From Amphiscolops sp. MND2022 (lineage: Eukaryota): DNA of 64,000 nt. The position numbers were made by a program, and so were the translations under genes. Below, piece by piece: positions 39,001 through 50,325 of this stretch. The notes under the pieces were generated by a model that did no database searches, was not told where the DNA came from, and saw only the letters and a list, made by a program, of their open reading frames with translations. The stretch lies in contig OZ076409.1 in the NCBI GenBank assembly GCA_964187785.1, forward strand, positions 77,812,001 to 77,876,000, read 5' to 3'. Numbering within the stretch: the first letter of the stretch is position 1; the number at the start of each line of letters is the position of its first letter.

Positions 39001-40126
39001 GGACTTTCTGAAGAGCTACGAGTTCGGGACAGAGTTGCATCGGGCCAATACTGGAGAATTGTGCGAGTTCCGGAATCGTTGTCGAGAGTTTGTGGACCAC
39101 TTAGTTGACGTCATCCTTGCGCAGCAAGTTGTCTCTTCGGATTTTTTCCAAGGTCTATATTGTTTCTGCCCGGAGCTACTTCTGGAAGGGGATGATCGCC
39201 ACGTGTTTCAGCTATTTTCTCGTTTGCTGCGCGTACTTGAGAGATGTGGGGTCATTCAAAGTGGAGTTGCGCGCACTAGCCTGGAAGAGTTCACTACTTT
39301 TGTCGTTGATGCCCGAGCCCGACACCGTGATTCAGGTAGAAGCGCAGAAGAGATCCCTGATATTGTCTCTCATTTGTTGGACGACTACAGTTTCATGTCC
39401 CGAAGGGATTTGGCTCGAGTTTTGAAAATATGCAGTCTAGTTGTTGCTCGTCCTCGAATTAGCATGCCCAAGGTTGAGATCGATTTGGATCGCTGTGCCG
39501 TTCCTGCTTCCGTCATTATGTCGTCACTGCGAGGTGTACAGAGTCTTGTGCTGTCCTCAAATTATAAGCAAGGGGCGTTTTCCACACAGGGGACTATGGA
39601 GAGTGTCCGCGACGCCATCGCTAGTAGTCGCCAGTTTATGTCAAGTGCCTCCTTTGATCCTTGGGAGAGTCTGTGTTGTGGTCGCTCATCATTTGTCACA
39701 AAATATTCGTCTGCTTTTGACGACTACCTTGCGCGTAAGAAGAAGGAGGCAGATGAACAATTGCACAACGCCAATCGTGAGCCTCGTCACGTCCGCTTTT
39801 CGGAGTCTGGTGGGTCACGGACTTCAAGTGTGTGTGGTTCCCCGCGATCTGTTGTTAAGCCAGTTGTGTCATGTACGGCTACTTCGCCTGGGGCTATTGC
39901 TACTAGTAGTTCTAAAACGTCGGGACGTCGTCCAATTGTGGAAGACTCTTCATTGTCTGCAATCTTGGAGCGAAAGAAGAGTGTCAGGAGTGCTGCTGCT
40001 GAGAGTAAGGTGGGTGCTGTGAAGAAAAGTACGGATGAGGGCCCTTCCAAGGATGCGAAAAGGGATCCTAAACTCGGGTCGAAGTCTTCTAGAGAGAAAT
40101 CGTCTGTCAAGTCGAAGAGTGTATAA
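36011..40126 (+). CDS. Antisense 8-exon accessory gene (1121 aa): S/P/T-rich N-terminus, CxxC-x17-H-x5-H zinc finger, inactive hAT-transposase-like body, basic S/K tail
   Basis: Exons: 36011-36140, 36269-36676, 36764-36859, 36932-37051, 37149-37741, 37863-38483, 38584-38665, 38811-40126. All 7 introns are GT..AG, T-rich, 72-145 nt long and phase-consistent. The spliced CDS is 3366 nt with no internal stop. The product call is inference. Confidence 0.85.
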
Positions 40127-40369
40127 ACTTTGAAACAGTTATGAACTGAAGTTTGTGATTTTGGTTTGTAGTTTTTAGTCTGATATTTTTTGCTGTTGAT
40201 TTCCGTTGATTCCCTCTGATAAAATGAATGAGTTCTGGAGGAGGGTTATTTGAAAAGAGAAAAGAGAAAAAAAAGAAAAAAAAATCAGAGTAATGAGGGG
40301 CATTGTGTGTCCTGAATTGAAAAATTGTCAGATCGGTTCGGTCTGGACTCCTGATAAAATCTTTTCCTC

Positions 40370-43300
40370 TTAGTGAGTCGTAGTCATAGCGTCAAGTCTT
40401 CTGAAGTCAGGATTAGCGTTGGGTTTGGGATTAGGTCGTAAATTGTATTTCGCTATTTTCCTTGGATTATATCCAACTATTGTAGGCGGCGATTTTGGGG
40501 GAATAGGTGGGTCTTCAATGGGTGGGGGCGTCGTATATATGGATTATCCCCCACGTCTGTAGTAAGATTTGAAAAGTCCGGAGATGGCGGCGCTTTGTCG
40601 TCCGTAGTTTCAGGTTCCTTGTCCAGTATTTGTTGCGTTGCCGTTTCGTCCTGCGTGTTCGCTACCTCTTGTGTGACTGGTTGTTGATGGTTGTTTTCGT
40701 TTTCTCGCGACTCGTACTCGTCGATCTGTTTCCCGAAATCCATTTCCCATGAGACTGCGTACCACTCATTGTGTGAAATTTTGACATCTGGATCGGGAAG
40801 GTAATTGTCGGCTCGTACTGTGACGTCAGGTAAGCGTTGTTCTGGCACGTAAGGTCGTATGCGAATTCTGTGTAGTGTTTGTGTATATCTTGTGCCAAGT
40901 TTGCGTATTGTGTAGTTATTTATGGAAAGCACTTTGATCACTATGTACGGGCCAGTCCATATGCAGTCTTGGAACGCAAACTTCGTCGACTGGTTGTCGG
41001 CTTTCGGATTGAGTATGTAACAATAATCGTTGATCTTCAGTGGAGCTGCAGACGCTTTGCGGTCGTAGTATTTTTTATATTTGAGGTAGGATAGCATTAT
41101 ATTGTCCTTCGCTGTCGCTCGTACCTCGTCTATTTGTTTTTGTATTTGCTCTGCTATGTCCGAGTTGGGCGTTGTTTTCCACTTTGGCTTGATCCCTAAT
41201 TTTAGGTCGAGGACATTGTAGGGTATTCGTCCGTGGAATACTGTAGATGGTTCACAGCCCAGAGTCTCGTGGTATGTTGTATTGTAATTCATTACAGCTA
41301 TTTGGACATACTTGTGCCTCATTGAACGTCGTTCACCTGTCGAAATTTTTAGTGCGGTTTTGATTGACGCGTGTGTTCTTTCTAAAATTCCGATCGTCTG
41401 TGCATGTTTTGTAGACGCATGGCTGATTTGAATCTCGAGTATTTGGGCTATTTCTGTGACGACTTCTGATCGAAATTGTGAGCCTTCGTCTGATAGGATT
41501 AGTGTTGGCAAGTATGCATGTCTTGTCATAACGTCGACAATGCATCGTCCGATTGTTTTCGCTGTGACATTCTGCGTTGGATATGCAAATAGGTAGCGTG
41601 AAAATACGTCGATCATCGTAACGATGTTCTGGTATCCTGCAGAGCTTGGCAAATTTGGTAGTATGTCAATTTCAAGAATGTCCTCCGGACCAAGGACGTG
41701 TTCCGTATTGTTGATCATTTTCGGTCTGATTTGGCTGTTGTTGATTCGTTTGTATTTGATGCAGTCTTCGCATTGCATTACCCACTGTCTGATTCTTTTT
41801 GCTAGGCCGGGGTAATAGTACTTTGATCGGCATTCTTGAATCATTTTTGTAATCCCCGGGTGTTTTCCCATTTGTCCATGTATTGCCTTCAAGAGTTCTG
41901 TAACCAAGTGTTCGGGAATTAATGTTTGGTGGTGGGTAACTTGTCCACATTCGCCGTAGTACTTTCGCATTAATACTCCATCTTTGACAATTAGTCTGCT
42001 TTCGTGGACTAGAAGGCGTTTGGCTGTCGGATCAGTTTGTAATAGGTGTTTGTCATAATCTTCAGAAATCAGTTTCTTTTTGATTGCTTTGAAAACTAGG
42101 TTTGAATCTTGTTCAACTCTGATGCGAGCATCCTCTTTTATTGCTCCAAAGGTATAAGATGCTTTATTTATTGGAATTGGGGTGGTTTCTTTGATGGCTA
42201 GTTTAATTTTGGACGTCTCCTCGTCGCGCGCATTTTGTCTAGCTTGTTCCTTCTGCAATAGGATTTCTTCTTCTGTTTCAATTGTTTCATCCGGAAGGAA
42301 GAAAAGCTGTTCCTCATCCGCGACGTCCGTAGATTGGAGATTCACTTGAATTGGTCTGATTGTAATATCTTCCCTGATTTTTAGCTCAACTCTTTCTTTG
42401 GGATTGAGATCAATTCTTGAGAGGAAATCGGCCGCCGTGTTTTGCGTACCCGCGACGTGCATTATGTGGAAGTTGAATTGTAATACATAATCACATGCGT
42501 TCCACAGAGTGGGCGGGATCGCTTTTGTTTGAAAAAAACGCGTTACTGATCTGTTGTCGGTCATCACGAGAGTTGGTAGGGTTGTTTCCCATAGAATATG
42601 GCTGTATTCTAGAAATGCATGGTAAATTGCTAGGAATTCTTTGCAGTAAATAGACATTTTTAGTTGAGCTGGGGAAAATACTTTCGATCCAAATGCAACT
42701 GGTGCAAATGTCTTCTTTTTTGAATTGAGTTTTTTGTCATTGTCTTCTTCAATCATTAATGCATAGCCGGAGGCTCGAAAGCTGGCATCCGTCATTAGGA
42801 CGTACTGTCGTCCTGTGATTGGTTGTTTGAGTGCCAAACCGCAAGCTTGCGCCAGTGCTGCGTTGATAGCTTTGTAATGGTCAAGTAGTTCTTCTGTGAT
42901 TTTGATTTGTTTATCTGCTTTCAACAATTCATAGAATCCGAGTAATTTTTCAGATAATCGCGGGATGTAATTGCGATAATAATTGACAAAACCAATGTAT
43001 CTTTGTACCTGCTTTTTTGACTTTGGAAATCGTACATTTGCCAGAAATTTTTGTATTTTATGGTCTTGGGGGGCAATTCCTTGTGGAGTGATTGTTCTTC
43101 CGAGAAATTCAACCTCAGTCACCCCGAAATGGCATTTTTCTATAGTTAGTTTAAGCCCTGCTTGTCTGATGCATTCGAAAACGGCTTTGATGTTACGTAT
43201 CAGTTGCGTCACTGAATTGGCTGCGATCCCGATATCATCCACATATTGTGCGCACTGGTCGGCTTTGATCACTTTGTCTAAGTATTCTCTCATGAAACTT

Positions 43301-45300
43301 GAAAATGCCGACAGGGCTCTGCTCAGTCCTTGTGCTAGGCGTTTGTAGGCGAACGTTCTGCTTGCAAAGTTGAAAGCTAGCATTTCGATTGATCGTTGGT
43401 CTGCCATCTGTAGGCAATGATATGCCTGTGAGCAGTCTAGTTTGCAAAACAATTTTTTCCCAGCTAGATGTTGGGCTGCATCTGACAGGGTGCTGACTGG
43501 GTGGTTATTGTTGATGTAATCGTCTGAGATTAGTGCGTTTATTTTTCGCAGGTCGACAAGTAGACGCAATTTGCCATTTGGTTTCCTCTGTGCGAAAATT
43601 GGGCTTGCATACTTTGAAAATGGTAGGGTCGTTATTATGCCGTACCTGTGCATTAGCGCCAATTCGACTGTTAGGTCTTCTTTCAAATTGATTGGTACCG
43701 GCAAACTTTGCGTGTAAATCGGACGCTCGTCTTTCGGAGTTAATTTGACTTTGAAGCTATTGTTGATTCCAATGTCAAGGCGATGACGCGCAAAAATGTC
43801 GTTGTATTCGATTATTGTTTGTTCAAGTTGCTTCCTGTCATTGCCTTCGATTTGGGATCCTTCCCACTGGAACATGTCAAGGAATTTTTGTCTTGATTCT
43901 GGGTCTTTGGTTGGATCTAAATTTTCCTTTTGGATGAGTTCACGGATTTCCTTCAAGATCCGACGTTGGATTGGCGTGTGTTCTTCTTCGTTCCCTGGAT
44001 TCTCGGGTGTGGGGAACCAGAGGTTTTCATCGCTTTGTTCATGTTCATTTGATTTCATAAGTTCGTTAATGTACATGTGTGTGTCATCAGGATCTTCTAA
44101 CAATTTGAGTGCGGCGGCGTCAACTGGTCGTATTTGTTTCGTGTCCTCAGGTTTGAGGATTTGTAGTTCTGCCAGCTTTGTATGATTCTTTATTGTATGT
44201 GGGAAATCCGTTAGATTGGCGATTCTGATGTTGAGCCTTTTGTTATGGGCTGTCGCCAGAGCTGGTGCAACAATAATTGTTGCTGTTTCATCAAATTGTG
44301 GTAGTGGTTGTACCGCACCAGTGACGTCATGCATGTTTGTATTTATGACTATTGCGTTCACTGTTGTTGTCTGTTGAGGCGACAGTGTCTGATGTCCTTC
44401 TGCCATTATTTGAAGCGGTTTTGGGTTGCATTTTTTCATTTCGTCTGTCATGGCTAACGTCATTTCGACGTGCGGGAAATTGATGGTTCCGTTGGCAGTG
44501 TCAATTACTGCTTGATGATTTCTCATGAAGTTCAATCCTATGATAGGGAATGACGTTTTCGATAGGATGACGAAGGTATCCGTGAAGGTATATGTTCCAA
44601 TATTGAATTGGATGTCCGCTGTGGCTATTGGTTGCTCTAGTTGTGCGTTTGCGCATTCGATCTTGATAGGGGGTTGAGGGTATTCTTTTATGACACAACT
44701 ATCACTGTTCATTTCGATTGCGTTGTAGTCTGACCAGGACATGGCATTGATGAACGCGCCTGAGTCGACGAGTCCATCCATTGTTATCTCGCCGAATTCG
44801 AGTGGCAAGTACAGCATTCTCCTTCTATTCTTGAGGACTATGGTGGAGTGGAGTGGTAAGTACGTCTCTCCATCTTTTTCAGTAACATACTCTTTGATAG
44901 AGTTAAGAGATGTGGGGAAATCCTCTGGGAAGATAGGTACTTGGGTGGAGCCGTGGGTATCTTCCTTTGTCTGTGTTGACGATGGTTGGTCGTCGAGGGC
45001 GTTTTCGGTTTGTTCTGTTTGGGTTATGGTGGATTGTGTTGTATTGGTGAGGGGTGGCTGGATGAGAAGATTTGGGTGTTGTTTGTGGTCGTCTCCATGA
45101 TCTTCATCTTGTGTCAGTTCCTTTTCGGTTTGTATGAGGGGTCTTCGTATGGAAGCGAGTGCCTGACGTTTCAGCTAGTCCTCTGTTGGAGTTCCGTCAC
45201 ATTCTATAGTTGTTTCGTTGGTGTATGTAGTAGGGGGATCATTTGGTGAATACGCCCTCGCGTCTACTGTTTCCCCGAAGCGCAGGCGCGGCGTATCTAG
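40370..45300 (-). CDS. pol: Gypsy Pol (protease, RT, RNase H, integrase, GPY/F) in the -1 frame relative to gag; main ORF 40477-44817
   Basis: Motifs LVDSGA (PR), QYVDD (RT), TDAS/KEFLAI/TDN/AADFLSR (RH), HGQMGKH..CEDC with EIDIL/SDEGSQF/ERTH (IN) and WTGPY. The frame is open from the slippery site except for one TAG at 45175-45177. The family C-terminus KYNLRPNP is in another frame, ending at 40370. Confidence 0.96.
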
Positions 45301-45306
45301 TTTTTT
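45248..45306 (-). promoter_or_regulatory. -1 ribosomal frameshift signal (A AAA AAC plus downstream stem-loop)
   Basis: The heptamer AAAAAAC (45306-45300) sits directly before the gag TAG. It is followed by ATACGCC-GCG..CTGC / GTAG..CGC-GGCGTAT pairing. pol is in the -1 frame. Confidence 0.8.
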
Positions 45307-46733
45307 GATTCAATGACAGAGTTTGCTGTCGTTGGTTGGACGGGAACGTCCCTTTTGGATTCCGGGTTATTGTGACGCTTAGGTCGTGGATCGTTGGCAG
45401 AGTTGGCTCCGTTCCAACAATCTTCCGTTTTGTGAGGTTTGCCGCATGTGTCGCATTTAAGCGACTTGCCTGCACTAGAGTTGGTTTGACCATTGTTCTT
45501 CCTGATCTGCATCCATTTATCTCGCTTCATTTTCCTACATTCCGCTTTGTAGTGTCCAAATTTGTTGCAGTAGAAGCAGTATCCTTTTTTGACATTTTGC
45601 GTCGTGCTGTCGACTTGTTTGGGTTCAGTTTTTGTTGGGGCCGGTTCTACTTTATTTAGTGGTACCAGTGTTACTTCATCTGGCGCCCCAAGGCCGTTAA
45701 GCCTCATTTCTCTTTCCAAGTGTAGCACAATGTCATTATATGGCTTGTCTTCGAGATACGCCCTGTTTAGTATCTTTTTTACATGATCTGGCATTTTTGC
45801 GTATATTGCCTTGTCAATGAATTGTTGGGCTTCAGATCCGAAGGCTTCTTTGGCCGTTTTTTGAAGTACGTCTAGGAATTCATGGAGTTTCTGGTTCGAG
45901 GGGTCAAATCTGAGCGCATCCCATTCGCATCTTGCTTTAGCCGTAGACAGGTAGTCCCCGAAACGTCGTTTGAATATCGTCATTATTTCGTCAAGGGAAT
46001 CTTTTTTCGCGTCTTCTATATTGCAAAACGCCTGGAGGGCGTCTCCTCTGAGTAGCGAGTGGAAATAGTTAATTTTCTGTATTTCCGTGAGATGGGGATA
46101 CATTTTTATGTTGTTGCGGAAAAGATCTTCGAATAATTCAAATTTTTCCGATTTCCCGTCGAACGTTGGGAGAGATGCCGTTAGTGCCTTTGGCATGGGC
46201 AGCGTTGTGCTGTCACCTTTTTCCGATGTAAACAGGGTCCTTGCCACAACTGGACGTTCTTTTGACGTTGGCTGACTTTGGGACCGGGCCTTCGTTCTTT
46301 TTGGCTGGTTAGTGGAGTCGGTTAAAACTCCTGTCACCATGTTACGACATGCTATCGAGTCGTTTTGAGTTGAACTTATCCTCACTGACTTTGTAGGGGT
46401 ATAAAAGTTTCTAGTCTCCTCTTCTACTTCTTCCTCAGTATTTTCCCTGATGCTTCCCCTTGTTTCAGGTTTTAGTAGTTTCAACATCTCTCTCTGGGAT
46501 TCGGCAAGAAGAGTCTTAATTTCCGATGTTATCTCATCTTTCAAGGATGCCCTTAAACTCTCCAAGAAACTATTTTCAATTCGAGGAGATTTTGGTCTGG
46601 AAGGACCCGACACGTCTACGTCCTTGTTTGAAGAACACGGATTTTCTATCACTATCGGTGAAATAAAACCTTCACTTACGTCCTTGTCGCCTTGTTGCTC
46701 ATTCCTTCTTTTCTGGCTTCTAGTTGTAGACAT
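45297..46733 (-). CDS. gag: Gag (478 aa) with capsid-like region and two CCHC-type knuckles; starts inside the 5' LTR
   Basis: LPTFDGKSEKFELFEDLF..YFHSLLRGDA (retrotransposon capsid-like), CFYCNKFGHYKAEC and CDTCGKPHKTEDC. Confidence 0.93.
   Translation of the reverse strand: MSTTRSQKRRNEQQGDKDVSEGFISPIVIENPCSSNKDVDVSGPSRPKSPRIENSFLESLRASLKDEITSEIKTLLAESQREMLKLLKPETRGSIRENTEEEVEEETRNFYTPTKSVRISSTQNDSIACRNMVTGVLTDSTNQPKRTKARSQSQPTSKERPVVARTLFTSEKGDSTTLPMPKALTASLPTFDGKSEKFELFEDLFRNNIKMYPHLTEIQKINYFHSLLRGDALQAFCNIEDAKKDSLDEIMTIFKRRFGDYLSTAKARCEWDALRFDPSNQKLHEFLDVLQKTAKEAFGSEAQQFIDKAIYAKMPDHVKKILNRAYLEDKPYNDIVLHLEREMRLNGLGAPDEVTLVPLNKVEPAPTKTEPKQVDSTTQNVKKGYCFYCNKFGHYKAECRKMKRDKWMQIRKNNGQTNSSAGKSLKCDTCGKPHKTEDCWNGANSANDPRPKRHNNPESKRDVPVQPTTANSVIESKN
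46322..46339 (-). promoter_or_regulatory. Primer-binding site (TGGTGACAGGAGT..., tRNA-Leu-like)
   Basis: TGG directly follows the LTR's terminal CA. It resembles the Leu-tRNA PBS TGGTGTCAGGAGT with one mismatch; the tRNA identity is inferred. Confidence 0.75.
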
Positions 46734-48822
46734 TTTGAAGAAAAGCTTTATCTTGAAGAATTGATTTTTCCAAAGATAATTTTCAACAAAGTTAGCTGAG
46801 ATTAGAATTTAGCGAAATTGAGAATTCAACTGAATTAAACAATTGCAAAAGACTGAGTCCCCGAGTCAATGAAAATCATCCTATATATACCCTCCTAGCA
46901 TCATTTGATCACGATTAAAATCCTAATTTTCCTCGAACAATTAGTCATTTCCTGTATTTTCGATGAAAAAATCATTTGTTCCCAATTTTACGTCGATAAC
47001 TCGTCAATTTTTGAGACACGACAATTTCAATCTAGCATTAGTCATCAACCACGATCATATCATTTCAGCTCGGCGTCCTTTGCTTTCCTCCCAAGCAGGA
47101 AGTAGATATTACTTCAGTCTGTCAAACCGGAAATGATTCCCTGTTTTACTGCTTTGGTTCGTAGGAAAATGACGCGGAGATGACGCTGACGTGAACAACT
47201 AATACCTGATTTTGAATTTTTACTTGAAGGAAATACTATGACTAATGTTTTCAGCTTTGGAATTTCCAATGATGCTAGGAAAAGTAAAGATAAAGCTATG
47301 GAATTAGCTTCAATTTTTGAGTTGAATTCCCAATTCAGATAAATAGTAATTAAACCAAATTAACGTAACACCAACGTTTACATTAGAAAACTAGAATGAT
47401 TTGGCAACAGCTCTTGGCTTCTACAAAATTGGCCGAAAAAGTGGACGGAGCTATGACGTGTTAAAATCAAAGGTATTAATGAGTATGAATTTCATAATTG
47501 AATTCATTCGTACTCGAGTTTAAACTTTGACGTCCTAACGTCGTTGGACCGAACTAATAAAAGTGAAACAGTCAGTTGCCAAAAGTGGTATGAAAATGAT
47601 CACAATGAGATGTATAAAAACAACAACAAGCACAGTTATATTGGGGGAGAACACGAATATGAATATTACAAAAATATGACCTCATTATTAAAATATAATC
47701 TTTGCTGGTTCATAGCCCATAACTTTTCAGATACGTCAGATTGACGTCAGGTTACACACAATCATATTTATGGTCTGCTTCAAACAGCATAAAATGTACA
47801 TTAATAACATTCCCCCTTTGGAATAAACTGTGACTTTAATTATGAAGAACATGGAAATCCTAATCGGGTCATTTTACAATGTGATTCCAAAAGATTAGTA
47901 TTTTTATTGACGGGAACAGGACGTAAATTATCAAGTTTTATCCTTAACCTCGTAGAGTTCTAAAACATCTTTAAACGTTTCTTTTCCGTCAAATCCCACA
48001 TATTAATATTCATTCCACTGAATTGGATGGATTAAACCGACTATTTTGATGGATTTCGGACGTAACGCGGACGTACGTATTAAGATTAGCCTTAGTCCGC
48101 TGGTATTTGACGTAACGCGGACGTATTTAAAATAAGAATTAGTCCGCGCCTGGAAGACAACACCGTGACGTCACTATGGCGGAAAATTGGAATGATTTTA
48201 AGTAGTGCCACTAATATAGGCGGTAAATTGGAATGGTTCTCTAGTGAGCGCGGACGGAACGGTGACGTCACACTATATACTTTTAAGTCTGCTTCTTACC
48301 GACGTTTAATATACATGTATTCTTTATTTTGTTTACTTAGCGCAGTGCCTACGTCCTAATCCGCACTAATTGCTGTTCAAAGTGCAATTAAGCTGCCTTT
48401 CTTAGAAAAGGAGTGGATATCTCAGTGTGTCATCTCGATGTACTTTCTATTTTAGATTCAGATAATGTCCTTTTTCCAGTAGTGATTTTGGGTATGTTTT
48501 CGTTTAGATCAGTCTATGCTTTTTATTTCAAGACGTATGCTTAATTAAGTTTTCAGGTGGCGAATGTTTCTATTTTGACGAGATGAAAACGTCCTGCCGG
48601 AAGTGTGTGAAATCATTTTGGCTCATTTTAGTTTCTGTTCTCATTTTCATTTAAACTCTGCGCACGTTAGACGTACTTTTAGTCACAGTTTATTCTAACA
48701 TTAGTATGAAAGTTCAAGTCAGTAGCCAAAATACCTTTTCGAAAGTTTCGCTGTACAGCCGTGTCCTCGTCCGAATCCGATCCGTCTACATCCACAATCC
48801 AGTCCGGGAGCGGACTGTGACA
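46340..48822 (-). repeat. 5' LTR (2483 bp)
   Basis: Reads TGTCACAG...TCGTAACA on the minus strand and is a direct repeat of 32401-34884. Confidence 0.96.
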
Positions 48823-49954
48823 GTTATTTTCATTTTCTGGCACATCAGAACTTTTTTGACTAAAAACCCTTGATAAAAATCTAGGATATTCTTGGCTTTC
48901 TTAGTAAAAATCTTACCAATATACTTACCAAGAAATCCACAAATTTGCAAGATCTTGCAAGATCGTGCCGAGACACTCAAGAAATTCCATGATTCTTATC
49001 AAGAGTTTCACGAAACTTTATAGTTGATCATGGATGAAAACGCAAAAGGACCTAAGTTTTTTTTTATTTTGGTAAACCTTATGCTCTCAAACACCACTAA
49101 AGAAAGAAAGTGGTGAACTGAAATTAGTATACTATAGTCTAAAAAGACTATATGTCATTTCATACTAACGTTGCTTCATATAATTATAACGTTATAAATC
49201 TGATTCAACAAGTTGACTTCAACATTACGACGCCAATCGCGGAATTTTTGATTTTTTCAAGAATTGGGGAAAGTTGGTTTTCGCACCTACCAAATTGTGT
49301 TTTCAAGAATTCACAAAGATGTGCACTTCAAAGTTCCGCCAAAATGATTGAAGAATCCACACACTAATTTTCCCTTGAAGAAAGTTTCCCTGATTTCAGT
49401 TTTGATATTTTTCCATATTTCCGCTGGAAATTGTTTTATAAACAAAATTCGTTCCATACAAACGGATAATTGGTGTTTGATGAAATGCATAAATAACCAG
49501 AGACTTGCCAAATGGAATTTCACCTCCTTGATAAGGATACTGGCAAGATTTTTGTCAAGAAGTTCAAGATTTCTGAAAGAAGTAAGACTTTCCAAGATCT
49601 TATCAAGAAATTCAAGAAGTAGCAGGATTTTGTAAGAAAATCCATGATCTTGGTGAGAAACCCAAGTGTTTTTTACACTGGGAAGCCACCAGAACGCTGG
49701 CCTATTGGGAACATCATCGTTAGCATTTACCAAAAAATTTGCTACAGATGATGATGAGCCGAGCTTTTTTTTAGTCGGCGCTTTTTGACGAAAAGTGCCG
49801 GACTCTTACTGTTTTTTTTTTCTGTTTTTTACTGGGTAGTTTTTTTAGCCGCGTAAGGTCCACTTTTTAGTTCATTTGTTCAACTTGACCAAAACATACC
49901 GGAAACGTCATCCAAATTTTTAGAAACCGACGTCCAGAACCTCAAAAACAACTA

Positions 49955-50325
49955 AGCGATCCCCACTTTGGCTATCTTGATATTTTTAACCTGAATTTTG
50001 TTGGCACTATGAGACTTTTCTGAAAATTTTTTGATTGTACCAAAGGGTCATTCTTCATTTTGTTTGATATTTTGGAACATAATAGTTGTTTGAAAATCCC
50101 AAAGGGTCCACCCTGTCAGATTTTCGGCCCTAAGAGACTGTTCAAAATTCTCATTTTTCATCTGATAATTAGTTTTCTCACTACATATCCACCAATAAGT
50201 GTTTTCAATACTAATCGAAATTTAGACGTAATATCCGGATTGAAGCGCTGTATCCGAATTTTTGACGTTATTTCCGAAGTATATTCCGTTTTACTAAGGA
50301 GGAGGCTGAGGTTCGAAAACAAGCG
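49955..50325. repeat. Interspersed repeat with internal ccaaagggtc...ttttcggcactatg(a/c)gac subunits (related copy at 63310-63490)
   Basis: The subunit motifs recur within this block and again near the end of the window. Confidence 0.55.

Larger units (their letters stand above)
32401..48822 (-). mobile_element. Young, nearly intact 16.4-kb Ty3/Gypsy LTR retrotransposon with accessory genes
   Basis: TG..CA termini and a perfect 5-bp TSD GTTAT (32396-32400 and 48823-48827). Two near-identical LTRs, a PBS, gag, and pol in the PR-RT-RH-IN order. Confidence 0.97.

Noticed and set aside
36256..40126. Calling the post-pol ORFs an env gene
   Set aside because: They are antisense and spliced, with no signal peptide, furin site or C-terminal TM segment. 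The hydrophobic stretches fall in predicted introns.
36011..40126. A nested independent hAT DNA transposon or host-gene insertion
   Set aside because: No TIRs or 8-bp TSD were seen, the catalytic motifs are absent, and a homologue sits at the same position and orientation in the second element.
40662..46764. Many short overlapping ORFs in other frames or on the other strand
   Set aside because: Shadow ORFs of gag and pol.
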